From: a virus
Length of the DNA: 64,000 bases
Strand: one strand, 5' to 3'
IMG/VR virus record: IMGVR_UViG_3300029787_000002
Coordinates: 1 to 64,000 of that record
Part shown: piece after piece, positions 21,554 through 30,228 of the stretch
Layout: every line of letters starts with the position of its first letter
Numbering within the stretch: position 1 is the first letter of the stretch
The notes under the pieces: model-generated
Told to the model about the DNA's origin: nothing
Database searches by the model: none
What the model saw: the letters and a program-made list of their open reading frames with translations, nothing else
Program-made: the position numbers and the translations under genes

Positions 21554-21555
21554 TC

Positions 21556-22815
21556 ATGAAATGTGCACCTGCCACTAAAGGAGAAAAAAGATACTGCAGA
21601 CTATGCAGTAAAAAAGAAACACGCAATCAGTGTGCCTATGGTGGTAGGATGTGGGATAGATACGCAGTAAAAGATGCAACTAAAGAAGAAACAGAAGCAG
21701 CAGCAGAAGAATCAGGTATCACCAATGGGTCTTCTGAAGGTGGTGAAGGAGGCATGTCTGAACACTGGATCGACAAGTTCGAGAAAGGGATTCTCGAAGC
21801 GAACAAAAGTGGTGATAGTTCTCTGCGTGACTGGTTTTCTAAGAGTCGCTCTAGTGATGGGAAGCCTGGTTGGGTTCAACTCGGTGGTAAATACGCAGGT
21901 AAACCCTGTGCCAAACAACCTGGACAGACCACAAAACCAAAGTGCGGTTCCAGTAAAATGAAAAAGAACCTAAATAAAGATGAAGAAGACTCAGCGTTTC
22001 GTCGTAAACAAAAACAAGATCCTAACCCAAATAGAAAAGGAAAAGCGATTAACGTGAAAACAGAATCTACACAAATACACGAAGGCGAAAAGGATGCCTG
22101 TTACACTAAAGTAAAATCTCGTTATTCAGTTTGGCCAAGTGCTTATGCAAGCGGTGCACTTGTCAAATGCCGAAAAGTTGGTGCAAAGAATTGGGGAAAC
22201 AAGAGTAAGAAAGAAGAGTTTGAAGGACTTAAATCTTTCTCTGAGTTTCAATCAGAATGTTGGAAGACACACAAAAAAGTTGGTATGAAAATGAAAGGTG
22301 GTAAGTTAGTACCTGACTGTCGCCCTAAGAATGAAGCAAAAGAATATACAGGACCAGATAAAGAAGATAGAAAAGTTATCAAGAAATCAGATAACAAAGA
22401 TTTTGCTTCTAAATTAGCAGACTATGAAAAGAACATGGATCCTAAGAAGCGTCAAGCACTTAAGGATAAAGCGACTAAGGGTATGAAGTTTACCCATGAA
22501 GGAACATCTTTAAAACTTTTCGGTAAAACATACAACCGCTGCGTAAAAAAAGAGGAGACATCTAATGTCGAAGAAGGAGCAGCATGGACAAAAAAATCAG
22601 GAAAGAACTCCGAAGGAGGACTTAACGAAAAAGGACGAAAGTCTTACGAAAAGGAAAATCCAGGATCTGACCTTAAAGCACCAAGCAAAAAGGTTGGAAA
22701 TCCCAGGAGGGCATCCTTCTGCGCTAGAATGAAAGGCATGAGAAAGAGACAGAAACCATCTAATAACACAGGTGATGATAGACTATCTAAGTCACTGCGT
22801 GCTTGGAATTGTTAA
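21556..22815 (+). CDS. modular basic protein, putative gp21-processed internal polyprotein
   Basis: Cys-containing basic modules separated by acidic linkers ending in x-x-E. Confidence 0.7.
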   Translation: MKCAPATKGEKRYCRLCSKKETRNQCAYGGRMWDRYAVKDATKEETEAAAEESGITNGSSEGGEGGMSEHWIDKFEKGILEANKSGDSSLRDWFSKSRSSDGKPGWVQLGGKYAGKPCAKQPGQTTKPKCGSSKMKKNLNKDEEDSAFRRKQKQDPNPNRKGKAINVKTESTQIHEGEKDACYTKVKSRYSVWPSAYASGALVKCRKVGAKNWGNKSKKEEFEGLKSFSEFQSECWKTHKKVGMKMKGGKLVPDCRPKNEAKEYTGPDKEDRKVIKKSDNKDFASKLADYEKNMDPKKRQALKDKATKGMKFTHEGTSLKLFGKTYNRCVKKEETSNVEEGAAWTKKSGKNSEGGLNEKGRKSYEKENPGSDLKAPSKKVGNPRRASFCARMKGMRKRQKPSNNTGDDRLSKSLRAWNC

Positions 22816-22973
22816 TGGGATTACCAGACAAGACTCAAAAAATCTTTGACAAGGTAGTTTCCTGGGATAGGAATCTCGCAAAGAAATTACAAAACAAGTT
22901 TAACTTGACAGATTACCAGATGCTTTGTATAGCATTTGCTAAAGGTTTGCTCATAGGGGCAATTCTGCTATAA
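22815..22973 (+). CDS. 52-aa protein with C-terminal hydrophobic segment (not in ORF track)
   Basis: TAATG coupling; MGLPDKTQKIFDKVVSWDRNLAKKLQNKFNLTDYQMLCIAFAKGLLIGAILL. Confidence 0.7.
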   Translation: MGLPDKTQKIFDKVVSWDRNLAKKLQNKFNLTDYQMLCIAFAKGLLIGAILL

Positions 22974-23008
22974 ACGATAAATAATACTACAACAACGCAT
23001 ATCAAATT

Positions 23009-23254
23009 ATGGACTCTTTTACTGCACAGGAGTGTCCCCACTGTAATGCCAAATGGATGGGTGGACAACTCTTTTGGTCAACTGGGAAAGAAGGATGCCC
23101 TCATGATCTAGCAGGACTAGTATGCAATGATCATGGTGATGAAAGATGTATCAACCCATGCAAAGGTTCTACAAGCGGACAGACATGGGAATTTCGTCGT
23201 GGAATGATTGCAGGATTGATGCAAGAACATGACAGGAAATCCGAACTTGACTGA
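23009..23254 (+). CDS. Cys-rich hypothetical protein
   Basis: CPHC...CPHDLAGLVC...CINPC; ATAAATA at 22977. Confidence 0.7.
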   Translation: MDSFTAQECPHCNAKWMGGQLFWSTGKEGCPHDLAGLVCNDHGDERCINPCKGSTSGQTWEFRRGMIAGLMQEHDRKSELD

Positions 23255-23306
23255 GTAATAATACTCTGTTACAATTATACATAGTTACACCATTATATGC
23301 TAAACT

Positions 23307-23399
23307 ATGGAAAGACATACAGTCGTCTCAGCAGCAATTTTATTTGGTATTATTGGAACTGTCATGGTTACTCTAGTCCCACTAGCGTATACGACGTAA
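23307..23399 (+). CDS. 30-aa single-TM microprotein (not in ORF track)
   Basis: MERHTVVSAAILFGIIGTVMVTLVPLAYTT fills an intergenic gap. Confidence 0.4.
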   Translation: MERHTVVSAAILFGIIGTVMVTLVPLAYTT

Positions 23400-23422
23400 C
23401 TTTAAAATAAAACTATTTTACT

Positions 23423-23662
23423 ATGAAAATCAGACCTAAAGAAACTGAAAACCCAGAACAGTTACTGGCACGTTTCGATAAACGTATCCAACAACTGACT
23501 GCAAGAAAGGATGAATTGCAAGGGTGGTTTGATGAGTATGTCAAACTTGAAAAGGACTTGCAGAGACTGCAGGGATCTGTAGATGCTGTTACCTATATTT
23601 CTACTGGTGCTTTGCCAGGAGATGGTAACCATACTGGTATGCAAGACCACAAACCAAAATAA
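23423..23662 (+). CDS. coiled-coil hypothetical protein
   Basis: 79-aa ORF with heptad pattern. Confidence 0.7.
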   Translation: MKIRPKETENPEQLLARFDKRIQQLTARKDELQGWFDEYVKLEKDLQRLQGSVDAVTYISTGALPGDGNHTGMQDHKPK

Positions 23663-23687
23663 ATAATACACTATATCAAGGAGAGTT

Positions 23688-23861
23688 ATGCACCACTACA
23701 CAGTAGGTTGGCATGACAACCAACAGCATCAATTTGAAATTTGTGAGTATGCCGAAGATGCTTTCAATGCTTTAAGACAAGCAAAGGAAGACATCCCATC
23801 TTTTAAAAATAGTCACATGGCAGAATATTGCATCAAAGAGGATGATATTAAAACCCCTTGA
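23688..23861 (+). CDS. 57-aa hypothetical protein (not in ORF track)
   Basis: AAGGAG SD, ATAAATA at 23659; MHHYTVGWHDNQQHQFEICEYAEDAF...YCIKEDDIKTP. Confidence 0.75.
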   Translation: MHHYTVGWHDNQQHQFEICEYAEDAFNALRQAKEDIPSFKNSHMAEYCIKEDDIKTP

Positions 23862-24048
23862 GCATCAAAGTGATCCCGTTTGGTCCGTAATTATTATGCT
23901 TATCATACTCCTCATTGGGGTATCTTGGTACATCTACTATATACTAAGCATGTCCTTTAAGGAGTTACAGAACGATGGGAGCAATGATACCCCCAAGCAG
24001 GAAGAGTTGTTACAACTTCCGAGTGACGGAGATAAACCGTGTTCTTGA
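23842..24048 (+). CDS. small single-TM membrane protein
   Basis: DPVWSVIIMLIILLIGVSWYIYYIL. Confidence 0.6.
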   Translation: MILKPLEHQSDPVWSVIIMLIILLIGVSWYIYYILSMSFKELQNDGSNDTPKQEELLQLPSDGDKPCS

Positions 24049-24433
24049 CGGTGATACTATTGACGTCACCATTGATCTTGGGTTTGACTTATACAAGAAA
24101 GAAAGAGTTAGAATTGCAGGAGTTGATACACCTGAAAAAAGGACACGAGATCTCGAAGAAAAAGCGTTGGGTATCGACGCAACTAACTGGCTTAAGGAGA
24201 AACTTGAGGGGGCAATAGAAGGAGACGAAGAACTTTCAATTAGAACAGAACTTAAAGGAGGTGTCGGTAAATATGGCAGACTCCTAGGATGGTTATATAT
24301 TGGTGATGCACAAATGTCTCTCAATGAGGCAATGATTGATGAAGGTTATGCTTGGGAGTATGATGGTGGCACAAAACAAAAGAACTTTGATGACCTTAGG
24401 GAAATTAGAAGACAGAGAGGGACTATGCTCTGA
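23975..24433 (+). CDS. thermonuclease (SNase-like) family nuclease
   Basis: RVLDGDTID, RVRIAGVDTPE, GKYGRLLG, LNEAMIDEGYA. Confidence 0.9.
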   Translation: MGAMIPPSRKSCYNFRVTEINRVLDGDTIDVTIDLGFDLYKKERVRIAGVDTPEKRTRDLEEKALGIDATNWLKEKLEGAIEGDEELSIRTELKGGVGKYGRLLGWLYIGDAQMSLNEAMIDEGYAWEYDGGTKQKNFDDLREIRRQRGTML

Positions 24434-25094
24434 TCTAGATATTCTTATTAGAGCAGCAACTATAGGTCTACCTGATTGTAATGAAGAGTTTGCCACTGAA
24501 TACTCAGAGGTTCATAGAGATGGTGTCTCCATTTACAATCGTATGTGGAATTGTAGAGGACTGAGAAGAATACATTTAGAAAGAGCAATCACACCTAAAG
24601 TAGAGATACTTCATGCAGTCTTTTGGCCAGATCCAAACTTCAATCTACCTATCTTCGGATGTGATATTGTAAGTGCAGGTGGTAATATAACTGCTGCTAT
24701 TGTAGATATCTCTCCTGTTCGTGGCACAGAAGATATGTACGAGGAGATTGCTAAGGCAAGTAATCGCTATAAATTTAGTAATGTCAGGCATTTACCAGAA
24801 TGGGGAGATGTGTTTTCACCCTACTGTAAGTTCCAAAGATTGAAGACAAGTGATGATAGATACAACTTTTATGCCTGCTGTAAAGAATACATACAGATAT
24901 ACACTCAAATGGTTCGGGAATCTGATGGAGACTTTGAATGGATTGATATCATGAAACGATATGATGATCAAGCATACTATGTTAGTCAACAAAGAAAGAA
25001 TACCAAAACTAAAGCAGTGTTAAGTCAATGGTTTGATGATGTTTGGGCGGACACCTATATAGAGCAGGTACTATTTGATAACCCAAAGTTATGA
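24390..25094 (+). CDS. pcyA: phycocyanobilin:ferredoxin oxidoreductase
   Basis: LRRIHLE, LHAVFWPDP.FNLPIFGCDIV, AAIVDISP, LPEWG.VFSP, Q..N.KT..VL, W...YI..VLFD; catalytic Glu/His/Asp present; ATG 24390 overlaps nuclease gene. Confidence 0.88.
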   Translation: MTLGKLEDREGLCSDLDILIRAATIGLPDCNEEFATEYSEVHRDGVSIYNRMWNCRGLRRIHLERAITPKVEILHAVFWPDPNFNLPIFGCDIVSAGGNITAAIVDISPVRGTEDMYEEIAKASNRYKFSNVRHLPEWGDVFSPYCKFQRLKTSDDRYNFYACCKEYIQIYTQMVRESDGDFEWIDIMKRYDDQAYYVSQQRKNTKTKAVLSQWFDDVWADTYIEQVLFDNPKL

Positions 25095-25306
25095 GAGAGC
25101 AGTTAATTCGTGCACTTATTGCCCATGCACAAGGAGACATCCAAAAGCATAAAGCAAATGTGGAAGTATACCTTACTCATCCAGTAGGTATTGGTGAGCA
25201 CTCTAACATCGTTGAAGCAATCGAACAAGAACTTGACATGATTGCTAAGTATCAAGACCAGATTGACGTTATTAACAAATACTTTAACAAAAAATCCGAT
25301 CAATGA
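25091..25306 (+). CDS. conserved phage hypothetical protein
   Basis: ANVEVYL..PVGIGEHS.I.E motif; ATGA coupling. Confidence 0.8.
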   Translation: MREQLIRALIAHAQGDIQKHKANVEVYLTHPVGIGEHSNIVEAIEQELDMIAKYQDQIDVINKYFNKKSDQ

Positions 25307-25527
25307 TAGACGACCATCCAGATTTCGATGAGATAGATGATCATGATTATCATCTAAAACTATATCATCAAGATCTTAGACTACTACACAGTTGTGTAGA
25401 ACACTCTCTTAAGACTTGGCCAGGCGGTGACGCTAGAGAGCAAGAAGCAATGTTTGTGATGCGAGATATTTTATATAAAGGTTTATTGGAACACCAATAC
25501 CATCAATTGAGTGTAGAAGAAGACTAA
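25303..25527 (+). CDS. hypothetical protein
   Basis: Coupled on both sides; WPGGDAREQE. Confidence 0.7.
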   Translation: MIDDHPDFDEIDDHDYHLKLYHQDLRLLHSCVEHSLKTWPGGDAREQEAMFVMRDILYKGLLEHQYHQLSVEED

Positions 25528-27179
25528 TGGCAGTTAAACAGGAAATCTACTTAGGTAATCCTAATCTAAAAAAGGCAAACGTTTCTACGAACTTTACGAA
25601 GAAACAGATTGCTGAGTATTTGAAGTGCGCTCAAGATCCTGTTCATTTCATTAGAAAATATATCAAGATTGTTTCTCTTGATGAGGGTGTCATACCATTT
25701 ACAATGTATGACTTCCAAGAAGACATGGTAACTAAGTTCCATGAGAACAGATTTAATATTGCCAAACTTCCAAGACAGTCTGGTAAATCTACAATCGTTA
25801 CAGCATATCTACTATGGTATGTACTATTCAATGACAACGTAAATGTCGCAATCCTCGCAAACAAGGCAGCAACTGCAAGAGAGATGTTGGGACGCTTACA
25901 GTTATCTTACGAGAATCTTCCTAAATGGTTGCAACAAGGTATACTGGGGTGGAACAAAGGATCCCTCGAACTGGAGAACGGTAGTAAGATTTTGGCTGCA
26001 AGTACTAGTGCTTCTGCTGTTCGCGGTATGTCCTTTAACGTTATTTTTCTGGACGAATTCGCGTTTGTTCCGAATCATATTGCTGACCAGTTTTTCAGTT
26101 CTGTCTATCCTACTATATCTTCTGGTAAGTCCACAAAGGTTATTATCATTTCTACCCCTCACGGGATGAACATGTTCTACAAGTTGTGGCATGATGCGGA
26201 ACGTGGGCAGAATGAATATCTACCAACAGAAGTCCATTGGTCACAAGTTCCAGGCAGAGATGAAGTCTGGAAAGAACAAACAATCAAGAACACATCAGAA
26301 GCACAGTTTAAAGTTGAGTTTGAATGTGAATTCCTGGGCTCTGTTGATACATTAATCAGTCCTAGTAAACTCAGGACTATGGCATACCATGATCCGATTA
26401 AGGAGAATAGAGGTCTCGCACTGTTTGAATCTGTGCAAGAAGATCATGATTACATACTAACTGTTGACGTGTCTCGTGGTGTAGGACATGATTACTCAGC
26501 ATTCGCAGTATTTGATACCTCACAAATGCCATACAAAATGGTTGCTAGATATAAGAACAACGAGATCAAACCTATCGTCTTACCAAATGTTGTGGTGGAC
26601 GTAGCAAAGAATTTTAACAATGCATACATCCTATGTGAAGTAAATGATATTGGTGGACAGGTTGCGGATATTATTCAGTATGATCTGGAGTATGAGAATC
26701 TACTGATGGCATCGATGCGTGGTAGAGCAGGACAACAATTAGGTCAAGGGTTCTCTGGTAAGAAGACTCAACTAGGTATCAAGATGTCAAGTGCTACAAA
26801 GCAAGTTGGATGTTCTAACCTTAAAGCATTAATTGAAGATGATAAATTAACGATTCCAGACTACGATACTATTGCAGAACTAACTACCTTTATCGCAAAA
26901 GGTTCATCATTCCAAGCGGAAGATGGGTGTAACGATGACCTAGCAATGTGTCTGGTTATATTCTCATGGATGGCAACACAACCATACTTCAAAGAGATGC
27001 ATGATAATGATGTGCGTGCGCGGATCTATGAAGATCAACGAGACGCAATCGAACAAGATATGGCACCTTTTGGGTTCGTTTCCGATGGTATGGATGATGA
27101 GTACTTCGCAGACGCTCAGGGCGATGTCTGGAAAGTCGCGGAATATGGAGATAAATCATACATGTGGGACTATAGGTAG
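25527..27179 (+). CDS. gp17: terminase large subunit gp17
   Basis: Walker A PRQSGKS, Walker B IFLDEFAF, ISTPHG, DVSRG, NDDLAM. Confidence 0.97.
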   Translation: MAVKQEIYLGNPNLKKANVSTNFTKKQIAEYLKCAQDPVHFIRKYIKIVSLDEGVIPFTMYDFQEDMVTKFHENRFNIAKLPRQSGKSTIVTAYLLWYVLFNDNVNVAILANKAATAREMLGRLQLSYENLPKWLQQGILGWNKGSLELENGSKILAASTSASAVRGMSFNVIFLDEFAFVPNHIADQFFSSVYPTISSGKSTKVIIISTPHGMNMFYKLWHDAERGQNEYLPTEVHWSQVPGRDEVWKEQTIKNTSEAQFKVEFECEFLGSVDTLISPSKLRTMAYHDPIKENRGLALFESVQEDHDYILTVDVSRGVGHDYSAFAVFDTSQMPYKMVARYKNNEIKPIVLPNVVVDVAKNFNNAYILCEVNDIGGQVADIIQYDLEYENLLMASMRGRAGQQLGQGFSGKKTQLGIKMSSATKQVGCSNLKALIEDDKLTIPDYDTIAELTTFIAKGSSFQAEDGCNDDLAMCLVIFSWMATQPYFKEMHDNDVRARIYEDQRDAIEQDMAPFGFVSDGMDDEYFADAQGDVWKVAEYGDKSYMWDYR

Positions 27180-27190
27180 CATTTCATTTT

Positions 27191-27198
27191 TATAAATA
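27191..27198 (+). promoter_or_regulatory. late promoter TATAAATA
   Basis: Perfect T4 late consensus upstream of gp18. Confidence 0.8.
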
Positions 27199-27244
27199 AT
27201 CCTAGACAACAAGTGCAGGGCACTAAATCTAGGAGTTTTAAACA

Positions 27245-29500
27245 ATGGCAGCTAATCAATCCTCACCTGGAGTCGTAGTCCAGGAAAGAGATCTGACAAC
27301 TATTACAACATTATCCACCGCGAACGTTGGTGTGATTGCAGCACCTTTTGAGTTGGGTCCTGTCGAATCAGTGTTGGAAATCGGTTCGGAAAGAGAACTT
27401 GTAGCACAGTTTGGTGAACCAAATGACTATAACTACGAGTACTGGTACACTGCAGCACAATTTTTATCATACGGTGGAGTTCTTAAAACCATCCGTGCTG
27501 ACAGCGATACTTTGAAGAATGCTGTTGATACAGGCACTGCACCAAAGATTAAGAATTTACAAGACTACGAGACAACATACGAGACTGCAAGTAACAACTG
27601 GAATTGGGCAGCGAGAACTCCTGGTACTAAAGGAAACTCAATCGGTATCTTTATGACAGACTCTGGTGCTGACCAGATCGCTGTTGTTCCTGCTCCTGGA
27701 TCAGGTAACGATCATGAGTTCGTTTCTGGTGAAGCACTTAGCGTTTCTGCTACTGGTGCAGCAGGTAAAGTTTTCAAATATAGCATCGTTCTTACAGTTG
27801 GATCTATTGTAGGTACATTCGTTCCTGGAACAACAACTTCAATCAGTATTTCTGGTTCTGCACAAACAGTTAATGTACTTGCATACGATGCAGGCAACAA
27901 AAAGATTGAAATCGGTCTTCCTTCTGGTGGTGTTACTGGTATCATTGCTGATGGTCAGACTATTACTCAGGGTTCTAACACTGCAGTAATCGAAACTTCT
28001 GGTATCGAAAGACGTGTTTATATCGCAAAAGACAAAAGTTCAGTAGACTTTGCTGCTGCTGATAGTATCGCTGATACTAACTCTACTGCTGTTGCAGTCA
28101 CTTTAGTAAGAGTTGAGTATGATGAGCGTGAGTATCTTCCAGGTCAGAAATGGGTTGAAGTTGCTCCTAGACCTGGAACTTCTTCTTTCACTAGTGCAAA
28201 CGGTGGATTCAGAGATGAAATTCACATCTTGGTAACTGACGTTGATGGTAAGATCACTGGTAACGCAGGTACTGTTCTTGAGAGATACATCGCTGTTTCT
28301 AAAGCATCTGATGGTAAGTCTTCTCTTGGAGAGACCAATTACTACGTTGAAGTTATTAAGCAGAAATCTGCTTACATCTTCTGGGGTGAGCACGAAACTA
28401 CACTGTTTGCTGCTACTGCTTCTGCTTCTGCAGGTAACTGGGGACAAAGTGCTGCTTCAAGACAGTTCAACTTACTTCGCTCAACTGTAGGTACTGTAGA
28501 TTATCCTGCAGGTACGGTTACTCTTGGATCTGATGAAAACGCCACTTTCTACTATCGCCTCGGAAGCGGTGCTGACTATGCACTTTCTGGTGGTGAGTAT
28601 ACTATTACTTCTGCTGGTCTTGCAACTGCATATGGATTGGTGGATGACCCAGAATCACAAGTCATCGACTTCATCTTAGCAGGTCCTTCTGGCGCAACTG
28701 ATTCTGCTGCTGTCTCTAAGGTTGCTTCTCTAGTCACTATTATTGAAGAAAGAAGAGACTGTATGCTATTCGTTTCTCCTCGTAGAGCAAACGTGATTGG
28801 CGTCAGTAGCGCAGCAACTCAAACTGCTAATATCATTAACTTCTTTGATCAACTACCTAGTTCTTCTTACATGGTATTTGACTCTGGTTATAAGTACATT
28901 TACGATAAGTACAACGACGTATACAGATACGTTCCTTGTAACGGTGACGTTGCAGGTCTTTGCTTACAAACAACTGAAGTTGCAGAACCATGGTTCTCAC
29001 CTGCAGGTTTCGCTCGTGGTCAAGTTAGAAATGCTATCAAACTTGCATTCACTCCTAACAAGACTCAGCGTGACAGACTTTACTCTGCAAGAGTTAACCC
29101 AATCGTTTCCTTCCCAGGTCAGGGTATCGTTCTTTACGGTGACAAGACCGCACAGGCATTTGCTTCTGCATTCGATAGAATCAATGTTAGACGTCTCTTC
29201 CTCACTATTGAGAGAGTTATCTCTGGTGCTGCTAAGTCACAACTCTTTGAACAGAACGATGAGCAACAAAGAGGACTCTTCCTCAACATTGTTGAACCAT
29301 ACTTGAGAGATGTTCAAGGTCGTCGTGGTGTAACTGACTTCTTAGTTAAGTGTGACAGCGAGAACAACCCACCTGAGTCTGTTGACAGAGGTGAGTTCAA
29401 CGCTGAAATCTTTGTGAAACCAACAAGGACTATCAACTACATTACTCTGACTTTCGTTGCTACTAGAACTGGAGTTTCTTTCCAAGAAGTCGCAAGTTAA
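27245..29500 (+). CDS. gp18: tail sheath protein gp18
   Basis: SPGVVVQERDLT; PWFSPAG; AFDRINVRRLF; KPTRTINYITL. Confidence 0.97.
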   Translation: MAANQSSPGVVVQERDLTTITTLSTANVGVIAAPFELGPVESVLEIGSERELVAQFGEPNDYNYEYWYTAAQFLSYGGVLKTIRADSDTLKNAVDTGTAPKIKNLQDYETTYETASNNWNWAARTPGTKGNSIGIFMTDSGADQIAVVPAPGSGNDHEFVSGEALSVSATGAAGKVFKYSIVLTVGSIVGTFVPGTTTSISISGSAQTVNVLAYDAGNKKIEIGLPSGGVTGIIADGQTITQGSNTAVIETSGIERRVYIAKDKSSVDFAAADSIADTNSTAVAVTLVRVEYDEREYLPGQKWVEVAPRPGTSSFTSANGGFRDEIHILVTDVDGKITGNAGTVLERYIAVSKASDGKSSLGETNYYVEVIKQKSAYIFWGEHETTLFAATASASAGNWGQSAASRQFNLLRSTVGTVDYPAGTVTLGSDENATFYYRLGSGADYALSGGEYTITSAGLATAYGLVDDPESQVIDFILAGPSGATDSAAVSKVASLVTIIEERRDCMLFVSPRRANVIGVSSAATQTANIINFFDQLPSSSYMVFDSGYKYIYDKYNDVYRYVPCNGDVAGLCLQTTEVAEPWFSPAGFARGQVRNAIKLAFTPNKTQRDRLYSARVNPIVSFPGQGIVLYGDKTAQAFASAFDRINVRRLFLTIERVISGAAKSQLFEQNDEQQRGLFLNIVEPYLRDVQGRRGVTDFLVKCDSENNPPESVDRGEFNAEIFVKPTRTINYITLTFVATRTGVSFQEVAS

Positions 29501-29571
29501 GTTTAAATAAAAACCTCTGAAAAAACGCTTTGTTCTAAATAATAGGACAAAGCGTTTTATATTAACCTACC

Positions 29572-30177
29572 ATGGCAGGAATTCAATCATTTAAATCTAG
29601 AGTCAGCGGTGATTTTTCTAGACCTAACCTGTTCAAATGCGTCATTGACTTCCCATCGGTAGTCGCAGGAGGACAAGAGGCAGCAAAACTCGGTGAGTTT
29701 ACCGTAAGAGCAGCGAACTTACCCGCAACACAGTTGGGTATTGTCGAAGTTCCTTACAGAGGTCGCGTACTCAAGATTGCAGGTGACCGTACATTTGAAC
29801 CTTGGACCATCACCATCATGAACGATAAGGACTTCGTTCTTCGTAACGCATTTGAGAGTTGGGCACAGGGTGTTCAAGAGTATACTCAAAACGTTACTAC
29901 TGCAGGATCAGACGTTGGATCCTATTTCAAGGACATGAGAGTTATTCAGTATGATAGGTTTGGTGATCTAAAAGATTCAGCAGATGCAGAGGCAGATCCT
30001 AAGGTTCTTGCAGAGTATCGTTTCTATGATACTTTCCCAACTAACGTTGCTGCAATCGATCTTGATTACGGAAGCAATGACGCTATCTCCGAGTTTACCG
30101 TAGAACTTCAAGTCCAGTACTGGAAACCAGTTTACAAGGGTGAGAAGACTGAGGGTGGTAGACAGACTAGAAAATAA
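29572..30177 (+). CDS. gp19: tail tube protein gp19
   Basis: RPNLF; VPYRGR.LKIAGDRTFEPWTIT; EFTVEL..QYW. Confidence 0.95.
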   Translation: MAGIQSFKSRVSGDFSRPNLFKCVIDFPSVVAGGQEAAKLGEFTVRAANLPATQLGIVEVPYRGRVLKIAGDRTFEPWTITIMNDKDFVLRNAFESWAQGVQEYTQNVTTAGSDVGSYFKDMRVIQYDRFGDLKDSADAEADPKVLAEYRFYDTFPTNVAAIDLDYGSNDAISEFTVELQVQYWKPVYKGEKTEGGRQTRK

Positions 30178-30228
30178 GGTTTTAGAAAGTTCCTAAATAA
30201 TACAGGAACAACAATACTATAGTATAAA

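Noticed and set aside
24336-25094. pebS call and the TTG start at 24336
   Set aside because: HLE, LH.V and FGCD residues are PcyA-like; ATG 24390 gives a typical length with less overlap
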